Shown: positions 38,670 to 48,643, counted from the stretch's first letter. The stretch is DNA of 64,000 bases from Bacillota bacterium (GCA_050952625.1 JBMNLH010000001.1:352001-416000); one strand, 5' to 3'. Notes: generated by a model from the letters alone, not told the origin. Program-made: numbers and translations.

Positions 38670-39048
38670 AATCTTGGCAGTTAGTTTCATCATTATAGGG
38701 GCTGTGGTATGTTTTTTAAGTGCTATTGGGGCACTGCGTTTTCCAGATGTTTACACAAGATCACACGCAGCTTCTAAAAGTGTCGCGTTAGGGGTTCTTT
38801 GTGTTTTATCAGGAGCATTCTTTTATTTTGCGTTTGTTGACGGTTTTGTCAGTATCCGTTTGCTGTTAGGGATTTTCTTTATATTTTTAACTGCACCGGT
38901 CGGAGCACATGTAGTTTGTCGTGCTGCCTATCGTTCTGGGGTAAAGCTTTCTGAAACGAGCTGTCAAGATGACTTACGCAGCCACGGGGACGGTTCTTCC
39001 GGCCGGCTGCGGCCACGGGGACGCGGCTCCCTTTTGAAGCCACATTAA
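38653..39048 (+). CDS. mrpG: Na+/H+ antiporter subunit G (C-terminal tail encoded by REP-like repeat)
   Basis: RFPDVYTRSHAASK, TAPVGAH...RAAY. Confidence 0.93.
   Translation: MSLIGEILAVSFIIIGAVVCFLSAIGALRFPDVYTRSHAASKSVALGVLCVLSGAFFYFAFVDGFVSIRLLLGIFFIFLTAPVGAHVVCRAAYRSGVKLSETSCQDDLRSHGDGSSGRLRPRGRGSLLKPH
38981..39031 (+). repeat. Tandem REP-like units inside the mrpG 3' end
   Basis: GCCACGGGGAC occurs twice; 38986-39006 is an exact inverse of 9246-9266. Confidence 0.75.
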
Positions 39049-39274
39049 AACCCACTAACCTCAAATATCAGGTATTAACCTCTTGCGGCAGAGATCGCTA
39101 CGGCGAAAAGCAAATGCTACCAGCCTGTGACATCAGGCATCAACAACCTCTTACAGCAGAGATAGCGTTTTTCCATTGTGCCGGGTAAAGTTTAATCACC
39201 GAGCGGCAGTTACGAACCCACGCGGTCAACTTCCCGGGCCGCAATTCTTGCTCCACCAACCAGGTTTACCGAAA

Positions 39275-39319
39275 CGTGCCGTAAAGCCCCTGCCTTTAGG
39301 CATGGGGATATAAGGCACG
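39275..39319. mobile_element. IS200/IS605-type subterminal hairpin remnant
   Basis: CGTGCC-GTAAAG-CCCC-TGCC-TTTA-GGCA-TGGGG-ATATAA-GGCACG nested palindrome; no tnpA/tnpB nearby. Confidence 0.5.
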
Positions 39320-39480
39320 GCGGCCAATAGGCCGCAATTTTATTGGTAATATAACCCCCATTCTTATATGGGGGTCTTTCGGAAAATTTCAGTTGAGAAC
39401 AGCCTCACTGAAACTGTGCTATTAGCGAAATTGTGCTCTCAGCTTCAGGTAACCGATTCCACTTCAACCTGGCTGCAATT

Positions 39481-40137
39481 TTATCTGTTTTTTCGCCGAT
39501 CGGTTCCGGTCAGAATCAGAAATAAAAACAGCCCGACTCCTATCAAGGAAAAAACCATTAAAGATGCAACAGCAATATACATTTCACCGGTTGAATAACG
39601 GGAAGCTATACCTGTAAAAACTGCAAAAAGCAGGAAACCTATTGATAAAGCATAAAGACCGGCTCGGATTTTGTTCATGGCATATTTTTTGGATGTTTCC
39701 CTTGTCAATAAACTATAAGTGATTAACGTCCCGCCAGCAACAATGAATATTCCGTTACCGGTAATAGCTAATGCATCTTGAGGCATAAAATACAGCATTG
39801 TCGCCGTAAATATCCCAAATAACACCAGCAGAACTCCAGCAATAATTCCTGCCGTTGAAATACGTGCAGTCATCGTAGAATAGACGGAGAGTTTTGCGTT
39901 ATCCTGGCTAATTATCCGCATATCATCAACCAGTCCCCTTAGATCACCCATCGATATAACAGCTTCTTTAAAAGCTTGCTCATCATCCATACCTCGGGAT
40001 TTATAATCTGCAATTTTTTCTTTCATGTTAGTGGTGAGTTCTTCTTTAAGCTCAAATAGCTGTTGACTTGCTCCAACATCAGAAAAGAGAGCATCAAAGT
40101 GTTTTCTCACTTTACGGTCAATAAGATTATTAGTCAT
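39481..40137 (-). CDS. Permease-prefix-domain membrane protein (PadR partner)
   Basis: ELKEEL...EKIADY...GMDDEQAFKEAVISMGD followed by 4 TM. Confidence 0.8.
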   Translation of the reverse strand: MTNNLIDRKVRKHFDALFSDVGASQQLFELKEELTTNMKEKIADYKSRGMDDEQAFKEAVISMGDLRGLVDDMRIISQDNAKLSVYSTMTARISTAGIIAGVLLVLFGIFTATMLYFMPQDALAITGNGIFIVAGGTLITYSLLTRETSKKYAMNKIRAGLYALSIGFLLFAVFTGIASRYSTGEMYIAVASLMVFSLIGVGLFLFLILTGTDRRKNR

Positions 40138-40477
40138 TATTAAGACCCCCTTTGATTAATTTATCGAGAATTTCCTTGGCAAAGTTCCAATCCTTTTTGT
40201 ATTGCTCATATTGTTTTTTTCCCTCTTCGGTAATTCGATAGTACTTGCGGCGGCCTCCTTGGGTTTCATCCCCCCAATAGGAGATGATATGTCCCTCCTG
40301 TTCCAGACGGCGAAAAGCTGTGTATAAGGTTGCTTCTTTCAATTCATACTGGTTATCGCTCAAAGCGATAATTTTCTTGTATATTTCGTATCCATAGCTA
40401 TCACCTTGTCGTAAAATGTTTAAGATGATCGTATTGGTGTTTCCCCGGATAAGATCAGTCGAAATTGTAGCACTCAT
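40130..40477 (-). CDS. PadR family transcriptional regulator
   Basis: DSYGYEI, LKEATLY..RRLE..G, GGRRKYYRITEEG. Confidence 0.93.
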   Translation of the reverse strand: MSATISTDLIRGNTNTIILNILRQGDSYGYEIYKKIIALSDNQYELKEATLYTAFRRLEQEGHIISYWGDETQGGRRKYYRITEEGKKQYEQYKKDWNFAKEILDKLIKGGLNND

Positions 40478-40499
40478 AACTCCTCACCTCCCGAAATAT

Positions 40500-40534
40500 A
40501 TTTTATAAAATATTACTATGTCTGTCAAGGTAAT
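40500..40534 (-). promoter_or_regulatory. sigA promoter overlapped by a palindromic putative PadR operator
   Basis: Minus strand TTGACA-N17-TAAAAT; ATTAC-N13-GTAAT palindrome over the -35 box. Confidence 0.65.
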
Positions 40535-40693
40535 GTGTCATAAGAACTATTTTGTTATACAGGATAATAACTTTGTCCATGGTAGCAATGTTAAAGGGGA
40601 ACCTCAGGACAATGTATCCGTGAGTCACCTTACTCATTCTTGCCCCATATAATTATTTAGTAATAATTTACTAATAATTAGGAAATTGGGGAG

Positions 40694-41128
40694 GTGTTTT
40701 TTGTGCAATATTATTACGGGAATAAAACTCCGCTAAGTGTGTTGGATGAAATAGAGTTTTGGAAGCATCAAGAAGGTGAGCATACGGTAGTCATCCGCCA
40801 AATTGCCGGAAACCTCGAAGAAAATTTTGTGGAGGAACTTAAAGAATGGGAACAGGCATTTGCTCAAACGGAAGCAGTGGCGGTCCGTTATATTGAAGCA
40901 GTAATTAGATCGAAGAGAGAAATTAGCCCTGCCTTATTAGAAAACATTAGAAAGTTCACGGTTTATGCCAAAAATCAGAGCTTGAGCTTTGTCGCTTTTT
41001 TAAACCAACTGGCCGCGGAAAGTGAAGCAATACGCAATAATCCCGTAGCCGGAGCAGTAATTAATCATATCCGTCGGGAATCTGAATATCTAATCGGCAT
41101 CATTACGGCAGCCCTGAATTACTTTTAA
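40694..41128 (+). CDS. DUF2935 family protein
   Basis: EIEFWKHQEGEH..VIR, HIRRESEY motifs. Confidence 0.75.
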   Translation: MFFVQYYYGNKTPLSVLDEIEFWKHQEGEHTVVIRQIAGNLEENFVEELKEWEQAFAQTEAVAVRYIEAVIRSKREISPALLENIRKFTVYAKNQSLSFVAFLNQLAAESEAIRNNPVAGAVINHIRRESEYLIGIITAALNYF

Positions 41129-41151
41129 GGTGTTCCTTTGGTTAAACCAGT

Positions 41152-41895
41152 TCACTTGAACAAATACCTCGCGGCTAAGTTTGGGTAGGCGGACCCCGAC
41201 CCCGTTATCTGCCACACGTGGTTTGGTTTGTGCAGGGTAAGCTCTAAAATATCTCCTGTTTGAATCAAAGGCCAGGCTAGGGCGGGTATTTGGACCGGGG
41301 ATACCGGCCCCATATTGTGAAGATCGTAAAAACTGCAACAATAGCCAGGATCAAGGCAACCTGGTTCCGGCAAATTCTCGACCGGTGGATTGACCGCCGG
41401 TTTGTTAAGCTTACTCTTAACCTGAAACAAAGAACTGAGGACTGGTGGTACGGATAAGGGCAATAAAGGTTCGAGACGTTTTTTGGGTATCTCATCGTCT
41501 ATACTAATCCTAATCGTGTGAGCAAGCTGCAGCAAGCGGGGGAGCATTGGCTGCAGGGATTCAATAGCCTGTTTTAATTCCGCATCAAACTCTAACAGAT
41601 CCTGCTTGGCAAACCAGGCCAGTAGAAGTTTGATCCCGCTTAGATGGTCAAGAGCATCTGCCGGACTTTTCTCCCCAACCTTGCGCAGGTACCAGAAAGA
41701 GAAGTACTCTTCAAAATGGCTGATGGTTAGTTCTTCGACCAGGTCGAGGTTAGCAAATTCGATAGCGTAGATTTCAAACCAGCCCAGGATCTGACCTAAA
41801 CGGCCCGGGTCGAGTACTGGCTTTTCCTGGTTAAGCTTGTTATAATCTTCGACTGTCTGTTCAAAGAACTTTCTTAATGCCAAAGGTATATCCAT
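41152..41895 (-). CDS. Hypothetical protein
   Basis: 247-aa ORF with SD GGAGGG; helical N-terminus (FEEYFSFWYLRK) and beta-rich C-terminus. Confidence 0.65.
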   Translation of the reverse strand: MDIPLALRKFFEQTVEDYNKLNQEKPVLDPGRLGQILGWFEIYAIEFANLDLVEELTISHFEEYFSFWYLRKVGEKSPADALDHLSGIKLLLAWFAKQDLLEFDAELKQAIESLQPMLPRLLQLAHTIRISIDDEIPKKRLEPLLPLSVPPVLSSLFQVKSKLNKPAVNPPVENLPEPGCLDPGYCCSFYDLHNMGPVSPVQIPALAWPLIQTGDILELTLHKPNHVWQITGSGSAYPNLAARYLFK

Positions 41896-42027
41896 TATCG
41901 TGAATCCCTCCGGGTACTAGGGAAGACAGGGATTGATCTGATTCGAAAGACGCCCATTTCTATTTAAGTAGGTGTTACCTTGTTTAAACTTCAGGTGGAG
42001 TATAGTCTTCAAATCAAGCCTTGCTGT

Positions 42028-44011
42028 TTAGTAAAACTGAACAAGTTCATTAAAACCTCGGTCGATAATAATTTTAGTCAATACTTTGGCCAGCATTTCT
42101 CCCTCAAAGATTGCGGCCTCAATCCCGCGCACCCGACTGGCGTCCCCGATTATCCGGACATCCGGGACCAGTGCAAACAGTTGTTCGTACAGCGCGTTTT
42201 CCGGAGTGTAGCCGGCTGCCGGCACCACTGCGTCCGCTTGCAGGATTACTTCCGTTTGCGATTTAAGATCAATCGTTTTAACCTGGCCGGACTCAATCGC
42301 CTGTACCCGGTGATTGACCAGCCAATTGACCTGATGTTCCTTTAAACGATTGAGCAGATCACGCCGGTTCTTTTTCTCCATGTCTTCAGCCAGAGCATCC
42401 TTCATTTCCACAATAGTTACTGTATTCCCCCGGGAAGCCAAGACTTCCGCGACTTCACAGCCATTACGACCGCCGCCAACAACCACGATCTGCTTATTCT
42501 GGAGTTGATCGGGTGATTTTAAGACATCTTCAATGGCAAAAACATCAATCTCCTGCCAACCTTTAATGGCCGGGGTCAAGGGAATCGAACCGGTAGCCAG
42601 AATCACCACATCTGGCTGATGAGCCTGGACGTAGGCCAGGTCAAAATTGGTATTTAGTTTAACCTGGATCGGCAGTTTGGCTACTTCACGAACCAAGTAA
42701 TCCTTAAGCAGACCTAGGCGTTGCTTATGGGTCGGCAATTGAGCCACATTTACCAAGCCGCCAAGGCAATCACTCTTTTCAATCAGTTCCACCCGATGAC
42801 CTTTTCGGGCCAGCGCGATGGCTGCCTGAAGTCCAGCCTGGGCCAGCCCCGACGATACAAATAAACTTTGGGTTTTCTGTTTTGCGTGGTTTAAACTGGG
42901 CTTCTCGACCGGTATAAGGATTAACGGCACATCGAATTCGCAGACCCATAAAGTCCCGGTTAATGCAGGTGTTGCAGGAGACACAGGGACGAATATCTTT
43001 TACCCGACCGGCTCTAGCCTTATTAGGCCAATCTGGATCAGCCAGAAGACCTCGACCAATAAAAACGAAATCAGCTTTTTCTTCGCGCAGGACCGTTTCA
43101 GCATACTCAGGAGAACGAATTACGCCTCCAGTAATGACCGGAATGTTAACCGCTTTCTTGACCGCTTCCGCCAGGTAGACCCGCCAGCCTTCCGGATAGG
43201 AGATAGATTCGATACTAGTTAGACCAGACTCATACATCCCGGAAGAAATACTTAAAGCATTTACCCCGGCTTGTTCGAGCCGCTTGGCTATCTCTATCCC
43301 TTCGGTTAATTCAATCCCACCGGTTAGAAAATCAGAGGCATTAAACCGAACGCTGAGCGGCATTTCTCCAACCGCCTGGCGAATCCCTTCAATAATCTCC
43401 AGCAAGAAGCGAAGCCGGTTTTCCAGGCTACCGCCATAAAGATCCTGGCGCTTATTGCTGAAGGGAGAGAGAAAACCGCTGAGCAAATAGCCATGGGCTG
43501 CGTGCAGTTCAATTCCGTCAAACCCGGCTGCTTTGGCGTGGAGCGCGCCAGTGATGAATTTTTGTTCGAGTTGTTTGATTTCTTCTATTGATAATTCGCG
43601 AGGCGTGGCCCCAATCACTCGGCAGGCGATTGGTGAAGGGGCTACCGGTTGCTGACCGTGGGTAATTATTGGCGAGGTCTGCCGACCAGCATGGAAGAGC
43701 TGGACAAAAGCCCGAGTTTGGTGGGCGTGGATTGCCTCGACTAAATCATTCAGCCCGGCCATAAAACGAGGGTCATCCACTCGCAGTTCGTTATGGCCTT
43801 GCTTGCTGGTTGGATAATCGATGCTGGCTACCTCAACCACGATTAAGCCCACACCGCCTTTGGCCCGGGCGGCATAGTAATCAATCATCTGTTTTGTAAC
43901 CTCACCCTCGACTGAGGCCAAATTAGTAAACATTGAGGGCATGATCAGCCTATTTTTAATCATTAGCGAACCGATTTGACCGGGTGTGAAAAGGCGCGGA
44001 AATGCAAGCAT
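42028..44011 (-). pseudogene. NADH:flavin oxidoreductase (OYE / 2,4-dienoyl-CoA reductase type), split by a +1 frameshift near 42837
   Basis: GFDGIELHAAHGYLL, CVSCNTC...CAVNP; VGAGP|AGLQAA broken by one extra G (CCAGGCTGGA); second ORF carries VGGGRNGCE and IGDA. Confidence 0.8.
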
Positions 44012-44273
44012 TGTTTAAACAATCCTCCCTGATATGTCTTTTGAATATAGCAAAAATAAATCCAAGAATACAAATTTATCAATGTATCAATTTTACTACC
44101 AATAATGTGTTTTGTCACATGGTTGGGCAATCTTAAGCGAGGCAAGTATTCAAATAAAAAAGGGTATTTATCGTAACTAAGTGTGATGCCGCCACGTTAA
44201 ATAATGTGAAATATCTTCAAGCTATTATAATGATGTAGTAGATATAATTGCATGTAAGAGGAGATGTTTTCAG

Positions 44274-44570
44274 TTGCTTGAATTGACTATTTTATTATGT
44301 GGAGTAATTGTTTTCTTATTTTTAGTTTTATTATTATCTATCCTGCTTAAATGGAATAAGGCAAGATTAATTACCGGAATTCTAATGTCAATTACCTCTA
44401 TAATTACAATGATATTATTTATTGATATTCAAATATCAAATGGCAACCCAGATGCAGGAATGGAATTTGTGCAATTTTATTTTCCGATATTAGTTTTTCT
44501 TGGATTTACAACAGTAGGAATTTTTTCTACGGTTAAATTAGCTAAAGGGAATATAAATGATGTGGCATAA
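44274..44570 (+). CDS. Hypothetical AT-rich 3-TM membrane protein
   Basis: SD GAGGAG, upstream TATAAT, three hydrophobic segments. Confidence 0.65.
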   Translation: MLELTILLCGVIVFLFLVLLLSILLKWNKARLITGILMSITSIITMILFIDIQISNGNPDAGMEFVQFYFPILVFLGFTTVGIFSTVKLAKGNINDVA

Positions 44571-44776
44571 TTCGTAGTGTCAGCCGAGAATTTAGCTGCC
44601 TAGGAAACAATTAGCAATCAAAAATAAAGCCGTCAACTTCATAATTTAGCTGACGGCCGGAGAGGATACGCGTTTATAATAGCATTTATCATTACGTCCC
44701 AAACACCTACATTTGCGATTCTCGAAGAGCTATTGGCTGTCAAAATTGTCATACAAAAATGGTTTCACTTCTAATG

Positions 44777-44831
44777 CCTCACACTTAACGTCTTACCCCT
44801 ACACCTCACTCCTTACACCTCACCCCTCACG
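44777..44831. repeat. Degenerate heptamer tandem repeat (CCTYACn)
   Basis: CCTCACA CTTAACG TCTTACC CCTACA CCTCACT CCTTACA CCTCACC CCTCACG directly after the glnA stop. Confidence 0.6.
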
Positions 44832-46259
44832 CTAAAGATCATAATATAAGCCAAACTCAGCTGGATGAGGAGCCAGAGATACTCTGCTGGCTTCTTTGCG
44901 TTTTCGGTCAACCCAGATTTCTAATAATCGTTTAGGAAAGACGTTGCCAGCCAGCAGGAATTCGTAATCTGCTTCCAGGGCGTCTAAGGCAGCATCCAGG
45001 GAGGTGGGTAAACCCTTAACCTTTTTCTTTTCTGCCTCAGGTAAATCGTAAAGGTTTAAATCATAGGGACCATAACCCTGTTCAGTAGGATTAATCTGGT
45101 TGAGTATACCGTCGATGCCGGCCATCAACATTGCCGAATAAGCCAAATATGGATTGCAGGTGGCATCACTAGCCCGGTATTCAAACCGTTTCTGATGTGG
45201 CAGTTTAGCGTAATCAGGAATTCGAATCACGGCACTGCGGTTAGCGGTGGCAAAGCAAATGCTGACCGGTGCTTCGTAGCCGGGTACTAATCGTTTATAA
45301 CTATTGGTCGAAGGATTAGTTAGAGCGCACAGAGCCGGCGCGTGTTTCAGAATTCCGCCAATAAAGTAAAGGGCTTGTTGACTAAGGCCGGAGTAGCCAG
45401 CCTCATCATAGAAAATCGGTTGGCCGTTTGTAAATAAGTGCATGTGCACATGCATGCCGTTTCCGGCTTCGCCCATAAGCGGTTTAGGCATAAAGGTGGC
45501 TGTTTTGCCAGCTTGGAAAGCGGCATTTCGGACAATATACTTAATCAGCATAGTTTTATCCGCCATTTCCCGCAGCGAGCCAAACTCAACTTCAATCTCT
45601 ACTTGGCCTGGACCAGCTACCTCGTGGTGGTGGTATTTTACTTGAACCCCGCACTCTTCAAGAAGCAGGCACATCTCACTGCGTAGGTTATATAAAACGT
45701 CAAAAGGAATATCAATATGATAGCCGCCTTTGTGTGGAATCTTAAAACCAAGGTTCCATTCGTCATTGCCGCTATTCCATTCAGCCTGTTCAGCGTCAAT
45801 TCTATAGCCAGTTCGATGGGGTAGGGTTTCGTAGCTAACATGGTCAAAAACAAAAAATTCAAATTCCGGTCCTATTATCATTTCGTCGGCTATACCAGTT
45901 GAGCGCAGGTAGGTTTCCGCTGCTTCAGCAATAGTCCGGGGATCCTGTTCAAAACGCCGGTGCGGGTTACCAATAACAAAAATATCACCGATCATGCTGA
46001 TAGTCGGTACTTCGCAGAATGGATCGGTGAAAGCAGAACGGAGGTCGGGAATAAACACCATATCGCTTTTTTCCACTGGGGCGTAGCCGTAGTTCGATCC
46101 ATCAAACCCAATGCCGCTGGTTAAGGTTTCGGGTGTAAAGCGACTAGCCGGAATGGTTAGGTGTCGCCAACGGCCAAGTAAATCAATCATTTTAAAATCA
46201 ATCATTTTAATTCCAAATTGCTGGCAGTATTTTTGTAATTCGTTAAAACTATTAAACAC
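44832..46259 (-). CDS. glnA: Glutamine synthetase type I
   Basis: FDGS, GPEFEFF, HHHEVA, ATFMPKP..GEAGNGMHVH, NSYKRLVPGYEAP, NRSAVIRIP, NPYLA. Confidence 0.97.
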   Translation of the reverse strand: MFNSFNELQKYCQQFGIKMIDFKMIDLLGRWRHLTIPASRFTPETLTSGIGFDGSNYGYAPVEKSDMVFIPDLRSAFTDPFCEVPTISMIGDIFVIGNPHRRFEQDPRTIAEAAETYLRSTGIADEMIIGPEFEFFVFDHVSYETLPHRTGYRIDAEQAEWNSGNDEWNLGFKIPHKGGYHIDIPFDVLYNLRSEMCLLLEECGVQVKYHHHEVAGPGQVEIEVEFGSLREMADKTMLIKYIVRNAAFQAGKTATFMPKPLMGEAGNGMHVHMHLFTNGQPIFYDEAGYSGLSQQALYFIGGILKHAPALCALTNPSTNSYKRLVPGYEAPVSICFATANRSAVIRIPDYAKLPHQKRFEYRASDATCNPYLAYSAMLMAGIDGILNQINPTEQGYGPYDLNLYDLPEAEKKKVKGLPTSLDAALDALEADYEFLLAGNVFPKRLLEIWVDRKRKEASRVSLAPHPAEFGLYYDL

Positions 46260-46575
46260 CTTTTTTCCCCCTCGTGTGTCATAAACTGCTTTAAAATATC
46301 GAGATACATTATAGCAATGTTGTCGAAAACTGTCATTAGCTTTGTTGTTGTGTTAGATGGGAGTTGTAGAAATATACAGTATTCAGGCACAGCAGAAAAG
46401 CATAAGCATATGTGCACAGTCATAAATAAATATAATATTCATTAATATGGATAAGACCGTCAAAAAATAGTTATCTCCTGCATTGACGTGTGCTATAATA
46501 TAATCCGTAAGATGCTATATTGAATCTGCTTTTATTATCAAAACTATTAGTGTATTTTTGGGGAGGAATAATCCG

Positions 46576-46977
46576 GTGGCAAAGCAACAATCAGAGAAGA
46601 CTGTCAAATGTGCTGATTTGTATCAAAGCTCAAGTACGCGCAGTAGTAGATCGGGAAAATTGGTTGAACCCTGTCTCTTGTTACTTCTTCATGAGAAACC
46701 ATCGCATGGCTATGAATTGATTGAAAAGTTAGTAGAATTCGGCTTTGATGATGATGCGCCAGATCCAGGCACAGTATACCGCAACTTGAGGAGAATGGAA
46801 GAAGACGGACTGGTTAAATCGTCCTGGATGACTAATGGGCCGGGGCCGGCTAAACGGCTATATGAAGTAACCCCGGAAGCAGCTGATTTACTAGCCACTT
46901 GGGCCGATGATATACGAAAGAACATTGAACGATTAGAAAACTTTCTGGTAAGGTATAAAAATTTTAGTCAAGTCTAA
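46576..46977 (+). CDS. PadR family transcriptional regulator
   Basis: PSHGYELI, DPGTVYRNLRRMEEDGLV.S.W...GPAKRLY. Confidence 0.92.
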   Translation: MAKQQSEKTVKCADLYQSSSTRSSRSGKLVEPCLLLLLHEKPSHGYELIEKLVEFGFDDDAPDPGTVYRNLRRMEEDGLVKSSWMTNGPGPAKRLYEVTPEAADLLATWADDIRKNIERLENFLVRYKNFSQV

Positions 46978-47085
46978 TACGGTTTGGTTTTGAATTTAAA
47001 CTTCTTTCAGCGTTACGATATATCTTATTATTGTCTCTCGGTTAAACATAATTCCTGAGCTAAAAAGAACATAACCTAAAAAAGA

Positions 47086-47137
47086 AAACCAAAGGGCAAG
47101 TTGCGGATTATTTTACTACCGGCTATCCCTTTGGTTT
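47086..47137. terminator. Bidirectional terminator-like hairpin
   Basis: AAACCAAAGGG...CCCTTTGGTTT between convergent genes. Confidence 0.55.
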
Positions 47138-47162
47138 ATTTATTCACTAATTATTAGAAAAA

Positions 47163-47615
47163 CTACTTAATAACTAGCACTGGACACTTAGCCAAAGAGG
47201 TAACTTTACTGCTGATACTGCCCAGGAATAGTCTTTGTAGTTTATTTAGACCACGATTGCCAATAATAATCAGACCGTAATTTTCAGAGTGGGCGATATC
47301 ACAGATGGTTTCTGCCGGAGGACCGTACTCAATCACGGTTTCAACCTTCAAACTAGAGTCAAAACTAACCAAGGCTTGATCCAAAGTCTGTTGGGCGATC
47401 TCCTGAACCTTTTCCATCAGTTCCTCGCGAAAACGCGGTAGGTCCGGCCGGGTGTAGAACCCTTCCAATTGAAGGGCATATTCCTGAGGGTTAAGGGCAA
47501 CATGCAACAAGGTAACACTAACAGCACAACCTTTTCTCAGAAAATCGCTGGCGATTTTGGCTGCCTTCAGGGAAGCCGGTGAACCATCGATGGGGACCAG
47601 TATCCGACCAAACAT
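47163..47615 (-). CDS. Universal stress protein (UspA)
   Basis: ILVPIDGS, G.PAE.I, IIGNRG...LFLGSIS.KV...CPVLVIK. Confidence 0.93.
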   Translation of the reverse strand: MFGRILVPIDGSPASLKAAKIASDFLRKGCAVSVTLLHVALNPQEYALQLEGFYTRPDLPRFREELMEKVQEIAQQTLDQALVSFDSSLKVETVIEYGPPAETICDIAHSENYGLIIIGNRGLNKLQRLFLGSISSKVTSLAKCPVLVIK

Positions 47616-47851
47616 TGGCATCACTCTCCTTATATTATATTTTAACATGACTAGACCGCGGCCTCCAAGGATTTGGTGCCAAAAGATACTTTTTATTTTT
47701 TTTTTGGATAGATTTGATTCTATGAGATTCTTTCTGCCCTATTTGTTTTTTTGTGTCTATTATTTAATGATTAGAACTCATTAACAAGCAGGAACATTTA
47801 GGGATCAAGTAGTATATACTATATGACACAACTGTTGGAGGTGAGGGGCTT

Positions 47852-48460
47852 TTGTTAATTATCGGGCTCAATGGGAGTCCAGATAGCAAAGGTAATACAG
47901 CGTATCTATTGGAAAAGGCTTTAGAAGAGGCCCGGCTGCTGGGGGCAAAGACTGAACTAATCCACTGTTCCAGAGTGCTCAGGGATTTGAAAAACCCTTT
48001 TTGTTTAAACTGTAGTTCTCCTTGCTCGGGTAAATGCTATCAGGATAAGGAACTGGAAAGGGTTTTTGCTCGTTTGGTACAGTGTGATGGAATAATGTTA
48101 GGCAGTCCCGTTTATTTTGGTACAGTATCGGGTCAAATGAAGTCTTTTTGGGATAAAACGCGGGCTCTGCGGACCAGTAAAGCCCTGCTAAATGTGGTTG
48201 GAGGAGCACTAGCTGTAGGGGGATCTCGATTTGGCGGCCAGGAAACAACTTTACGGGCATTACAGGATATAATGCTGGTTCAAGGTATGATTGTGATCGG
48301 AGACGGGTATATAGATGATGACTGTGGTCATCATGGAGTGGCAGCTCAGAAACCATCGGAGACTGATGAGAATGCTATCCAGAGGGCTCGGATATTAGGC
48401 CGGCACCTGGTACAGGTCTGCGAAGCGACCATGAGTATTCGTTCTAGAAAAACGAATTAG
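47852..48460 (+). CDS. Flavodoxin-fold / iron-sulfur flavoprotein (NADPH-dependent FMN reductase family)
   Basis: GSP...GNT, CLNC...C...C, GSPVYFG, RFGGQE. Confidence 0.88.
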   Translation: MLIIGLNGSPDSKGNTAYLLEKALEEARLLGAKTELIHCSRVLRDLKNPFCLNCSSPCSGKCYQDKELERVFARLVQCDGIMLGSPVYFGTVSGQMKSFWDKTRALRTSKALLNVVGGALAVGGSRFGGQETTLRALQDIMLVQGMIVIGDGYIDDDCGHHGVAAQKPSETDENAIQRARILGRHLVQVCEATMSIRSRKTN

Positions 48461-48509
48461 CCCTTACGATATCTAAATAATAATTGTTAATAAAGATGCT
48501 CAGGTGTTA

Positions 48510-48643
48510 GCAGGATTTTGTTGTTTTTTATCGAATTAGAGTAACCTCGACAGCGATATCAAGCAACTTCATTTTTTGGACAAGCTTGAATACGTTAAAT
48601 TAACCTAAGAATAAGCAGGAAATTGAGGATATTTAGCGAATTA
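48510..48643 (+). promoter_or_regulatory. Two tandem sigH-type promoters upstream of yqxD-dnaG-sigA
   Basis: GCAGGATTT...CGAATTA (48510-48538) and GCAGGAAAT...CGAATTA (48615-48643); the B. subtilis sigA operon also has sigH promoters. Confidence 0.7.

Noticed and set aside
42779-42984. Programmed frameshift in the OYE gene
   Set aside because: No slippery heptamer or homopolymer at the break; the family is normally one ORF.
44164-44188. GTATTTATCGTAACTAAGTGTGATG resembles the 5' part of clostridial type I-B repeats
   Set aside because: Single, truncated copy without the 3' handle; could be chance in AT-rich DNA.
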